Assembly (NCBI GenBank): GCA_002269645.1
Contig: NIVC01000832.1
Span: 77,068 to 141,067, forward strand
DNA: 64,000 nt
Reading direction: 5' to 3'
DNA from: Macrostomum lignano
Taxonomy: Eukaryota
Position numbers and translations under genes: made by a program
The notes under the pieces: model-generated
Told to the model about the DNA's origin: nothing
The model's database searches: none
Seen by the model: the letters and a program-made list of their open reading frames with translations, nothing else
In this document: piece after piece, positions 59,750 through 64,000 of the stretch
Position numbering within the stretch: position 1 is the first letter of the stretch
How the letters are laid out: every line of letters begins with the position of its first letter

Positions 59750-60630
59750 TCCTGACACCATCAGCCTCTCCACTCTCTCATCCTGACCCCATCAGCCTCC
59801 CACTCTCTCATCCCGACCCATCAGCCTCCCCACTCTCTCATCCTGACCCCATCAGCCTCCCCACTCTCTCATGCCCGACCCCATCAGCCTCCCCACTCTC
59901 TCATCCTGACCCCATCAGCCTCTCCACTCTCTCATCCTGACCTTATCAGCCTCCCCACTCTCTCATCCTGACCCATCAGCCTCCCCACTCTCTCATCCTG
60001 ACCCCATCAGCCTCCCCACTCTCTCATCATGACCCATCAGCCTCTCCACTCTCTCATCCTGACCCCATCAGCCTCCCCACTCTCTCATCATGACCCCATC
60101 AGCCTCCCGACTCTCTCATCCCGACCCCATTAGCCTCCCCACTCTCTCATCCTGACCCCATCAGCCTCCCCACTCTTCATCCTGACCCCATCAGCCTCTC
60201 CACTCTCTCATCCTGACCCCATCAGCCTCTCCACTCTCTCATCCTGACCCCATCAGCCTCCCCACTCTCTCATCCCGACCCCATCAGCCTCCCCACTCTC
60301 TCATCCCGACCCCATCAGCCTCCCCACTCTCTCATCCCGACCCCATCAGCCTCTCCACTCTCTCATCCCGACCCCATCAGCCTCCCCACTCTCTCATCCC
60401 GACCCATCAGCCTCCCCACTCTCTCATCCCGACCCCATCAGCCTCCCCACTCTCTCATCCCGACCCATCAGCCTCCCCACTCTCTCATCCCGACCCCATC
60501 AGCCTCCCCACTCTCTCATCATGACCCCATCAGCCTCCCCACTCTCTCATCCTGACCCATCAGCCTCTCCACTCTCTCATCCTGACCCCATCAGCCTCTC
60601 CACTCTCTCATCCTGACCCCATCAGCCTCT
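59750..60630. repeat. 30-31-bp minisatellite, ~29 copies
   Basis: CATCAGCCTCCCCACTCTCTCATCCTGACCC. Confidence 0.95.
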
Positions 60631-61189
60631 TCACCCTTCTCCTCGCTCCCTCGCTTATTCAATTGCATCTGTACCATCAATATACAGTGGCAGTCACTGT
60701 TCCTAAAACAAAAGGAAAATGCTTGAAAAAGTCACGTCTCATTAGAAGAAAGATGGTGGGGAACCGGTCTACACTGGCATACATGTACACCCAATCCTGT
60801 GTTATAAAGCGCTGTAGCTGTACTCTTCACATCTCTCTTCCTTCTTTCTAACCTTCCACGCCTTAAATCCTTCATCCGGGATCCTCCTCTCGAGACAAAA
60901 GGCTGCTGGTTGAAAGCATTTTTTCCTCCACAAAAGGCTCCAACTACTGTGGCTCTCAGTCTGCCAATTTAAACAAACGCAGTTTAGGCGGGAGAAACAA
61001 ATCAGCCTCGCCTCTTTCAGCCCTTCACACTCATCAGTCCTTCTCTCCAGCCTTATTGAGTAGTCTCAACCATTGCTAAATTAAAAAGCCAAGTGCTCCA
61101 GTTTCTTCTCTGTTCTGTTTCTCAGTGACTGCAGACTGACTGAGCAGCGTTTAATGAGGGCCCAGCTGCCTGCAGAGCTGTCTCAGTCG

Positions 61190-61359
<170 letters not shown>

Positions 61360-61871
61360 TTTAGTCGGTTTTTGTCTTAGTCTTTGTATGCCTGTCTATC
61401 CCATGTATTTTCTCATAGAAGTCACACGGTGCGACGTCTCTTAGATAAAATCAATCGCAATCCCACTCAAGCCGCTCCCCTTGGTGACCGCTCGTAGTTA
61501 AGAGCCTAAAAGGCACAACACGAGCAGGAAGTACCAGCTTGATTCGAATTTTTTCGAACATTTTGTCACGCAAGATTTTACATTGATGGAATGAATTCTT
61601 CTGATTTTCCATTTGGCACTCTGCGCTCTTAAATTTATGTCCAAGGACGGTAGTTCAAGAAGGCTGCCTTCAATATGAGTTGCATGGCAACTGAAATTAA
61701 ATTTAAAACGGGTTTTTTTAATTGAAGGTCACTGAGTTCGGACATTCTTTTTTAGAAAGGGTCCATAAATTTGGGACGGTCGTTTTCACTGGTAGGTCGG
61801 AGATTTTTTCGTCCCGAAAGGTTCACTCATGATAAAAATAGGCTAATAATATAGATAATAATTTTCCCGCA

Positions 61872-62486
61872 TAGATAAGAAGTTTCCGTCCTTTAATGTA
61901 CACTCATAGATAAGAAATTTCCGTCCCTTAATGTACACTTATAGATAAGAAATTTCCGTCCCTTAATGTACACTCATAGATAGAAAATTCCGTCCCTTAA
62001 TGTACACTTATAGATAAGAAGTTTCCGTCCCTAAATGTACACTCATAGATAGAAGATTCCGTCCCTAAATGTACACTTATAGATAAGAAGTTTCCGTCCT
62101 TTAATGTACACTCATAGATAGAAGAGTCCGTCCCTAAATGTACACTTATAGATAAGAAGTTTCCGTCCTTTAATGTACACTCATAGATAAGAAGTTTCCG
62201 TCTGTTAATGTACACTCATAGATAGAAGTTTCCGTCCCTAAATGTACACTCATAGATAGAAGAGTCCGTCCCTAAATGTACACTCATAGATAAGAAATTT
62301 CCGTCCGTTAATGTACGCTCATAGATATAAGTTTCCGTCCGTTAATGTACACTTATAGATAAGAAGTTTCCATCCTTTAATGTACACTCAGATAAGAAGT
62401 TTCCGTCCGTTAGTGTACACTTATAGATAGAAGTTTCCGTCCCTAAATGTACACTCATAGATAGAAGTTTCCATCCGTTAATGTAC
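61872..62486. repeat. 34-35-bp minisatellite, ~17 copies
   Basis: ATAGATAAGAAGTTTCCGTCCCTTAATGTACACTC; contiguous units with no spacers. Confidence 0.95.
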
Positions 62487-63149
62487 TAGAATTTAAGCGA
62501 ATCTGAATGCTCTTCTAGATTGGCAAACTCAAAGCATGGTTATTGCTTATGCCCCAGACTGCAGTTACAAAGGATGAATGAATTTCACGGGCTAGTAGCT
62601 CTGAAACTCAGCTCTGTCCTTGCTGCGAAAAGAGATTGAGCTTTTCCGAGTGGGATTATTGTAGATTCGTAATGAAGAATCGGAATTTACAAACGTGCAT
62701 AATCCCTTTATTAAATCGTCAATGCGCTTATAAGTCCAACCTGCAGAGTCTGAGCAAGTAGAAGAGCTCGATTTAGATTATTTCAGCCTCGGTTTTCTCC
62801 TTCCGTGCTATTGATGTCCTTCATCTCTTTATTGCTCCAGTCTATCTCTCTGTCTATCTCACTTTTATCTCACTGTCTACGAGTGTTTCGTGTCTGTCTT
62901 TATACACTAGCTATGGCGTTGTCAACTATTTGCAGTGCTCACTGCTACAGTTCAATGCAGGAAAAAGCTCTTGCTCATTTATGCTCCAAACAGAAATTCA
63001 CTTCTCTCCCCCAAAACTGGAACGCATAACTCGTAAATGTGAACAAAGGAAAGAAAATTATGGTCAGGACTGAGAATGGCTTCTAGTGCCTTCGCTTCTG
63101 CGCGCTGGGAGACGCCTGAGTAACTGGGACGCGCGGAGGCGAGAAGACG

Positions 63150-63800
63150 GGGGAGAGATGGGTTGGAGTCGCGTGGAGAGGAAACTGGGATGTGGAGAGG
63201 AAACTGTAGGATGCGGAGAGGAGAGGAGGGAGAAGAAAACTGAAGTGTAGGTATTGCGAAGGAGAGAGGGAAGGGGAGAGAGGTAAAGATAGGATAGGAG
63301 GGAGAGGGTAGGAGAGAGGAGAGGGGTAGAGAGAGGAGAGGGAGAGAGGGGAGAGGGAGATAAAGGAGAGGGATATAGGGGAAAGGGAGACAGGGAAGGG
63401 AGAGAGGGGAAAGGGAGACAGGGGAGAGGGAGAGGGGAGAATGAGAGAGGGGAGAATGAAGAGGGGAGAATGAGAGAGGGGAGAAGAATGAGAGAGGGGA
63501 GAATGAGAGGGGAGAAGAGAGAGGGGAGAATGAGAGAGGGAGAATGAGAAGAGGGGAGAAGAAGAGAGGGGAGAAGGAGAGAGGGGAGGAAGGGAGGAGA
63601 GAGGCGAGAAGGAGAGAGGGGAGAAGGAGAGAGGGAGAATGAGAGAGGGGAGAATGAGAGAGGGGAGAATGAGAGAGGGGGAGAGATGATGAGAGGGGAG
63701 AAGAAGAGAGGGGAGAAGGAGAGAGGGGAGGAGAGAAGGGATGAAGGAGAGAGGGGGAATGAGAGAGGGGAGAAGGAGAGGGGAGAAGGAGACAGGAGCA
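63150..63800. repeat. GA-rich polypurine low-complexity tract
   Basis: GAGAGGGGAGAA-like units. Confidence 0.9.
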
Positions 63801-64000
63801 GTGACGGGGCAGGGAGATGTGTGTGAGTCCCAGCATGCAATGTCAGGGCGGGTGAGCTGCCCCCGCTCCTATCAGGCGGAGGAAGCATCCATATCAGATC
63901 CCCAGATTAAACGGATTAATCCGAGAAGACTGGGGCTGTATATGAAAATACAATCTGTTGCGAGCTAAAGCTGATATTGTGGCAGTAGATTAGTTGCAGA

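Noticed and set aside
61872-62486. 34-35-bp repeats as a CRISPR array
   Set aside because: Units are contiguous with no unique spacers; no cas genes; eukaryotic context.
62979-63888. 274-285-aa Ser/Pro/Leu ORFs
   Set aside because: Polypurine low-complexity tract.

Overview
Eukaryotic (metazoan) genomic DNA; a flatworm-like, tandem-repeat-rich genome is my inference only. The left ~30 kb is a nested transposon cluster whose coding elements all read on the minus strand: a Gypsy integrase remnant with an LTR-like enhancer block, a possible CMC/EnSpm-like DNA transposon remnant, an RTE-like fragment, an Ingi-like RNase H fragment split by an unexplained insert, and four pieces of Jockey/I-superfamily LINEs. 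Two of those LINEs are near full length and belong to distinct families (A ~15.3-21.5 kb, B ~22.7-28.7 kb). Both carry an AlkB-family (ALKBH2/3-like) Fe(II)/2-oxoglutarate dioxygenase domain inside ORF1, upstream of the gag-like RRM and three zinc knuckles; this is the headline observation. Further right are a decayed Polinton/Maverick-type capsid fragment, tRNA-derived SINEs, MITEs, a two-exon tetraspanin (+) and a convergent multi-exon ELK-subfamily KCNH potassium channel gene (-). Thirteen KCNH coding exons are visible and the first exon is not found in the window; most of its introns carry a private minisatellite. Exon boundaries were assigned by eye from GT/AG and phase. No database searches were run, so family names come from motif recognition and novelty claims are unverified.
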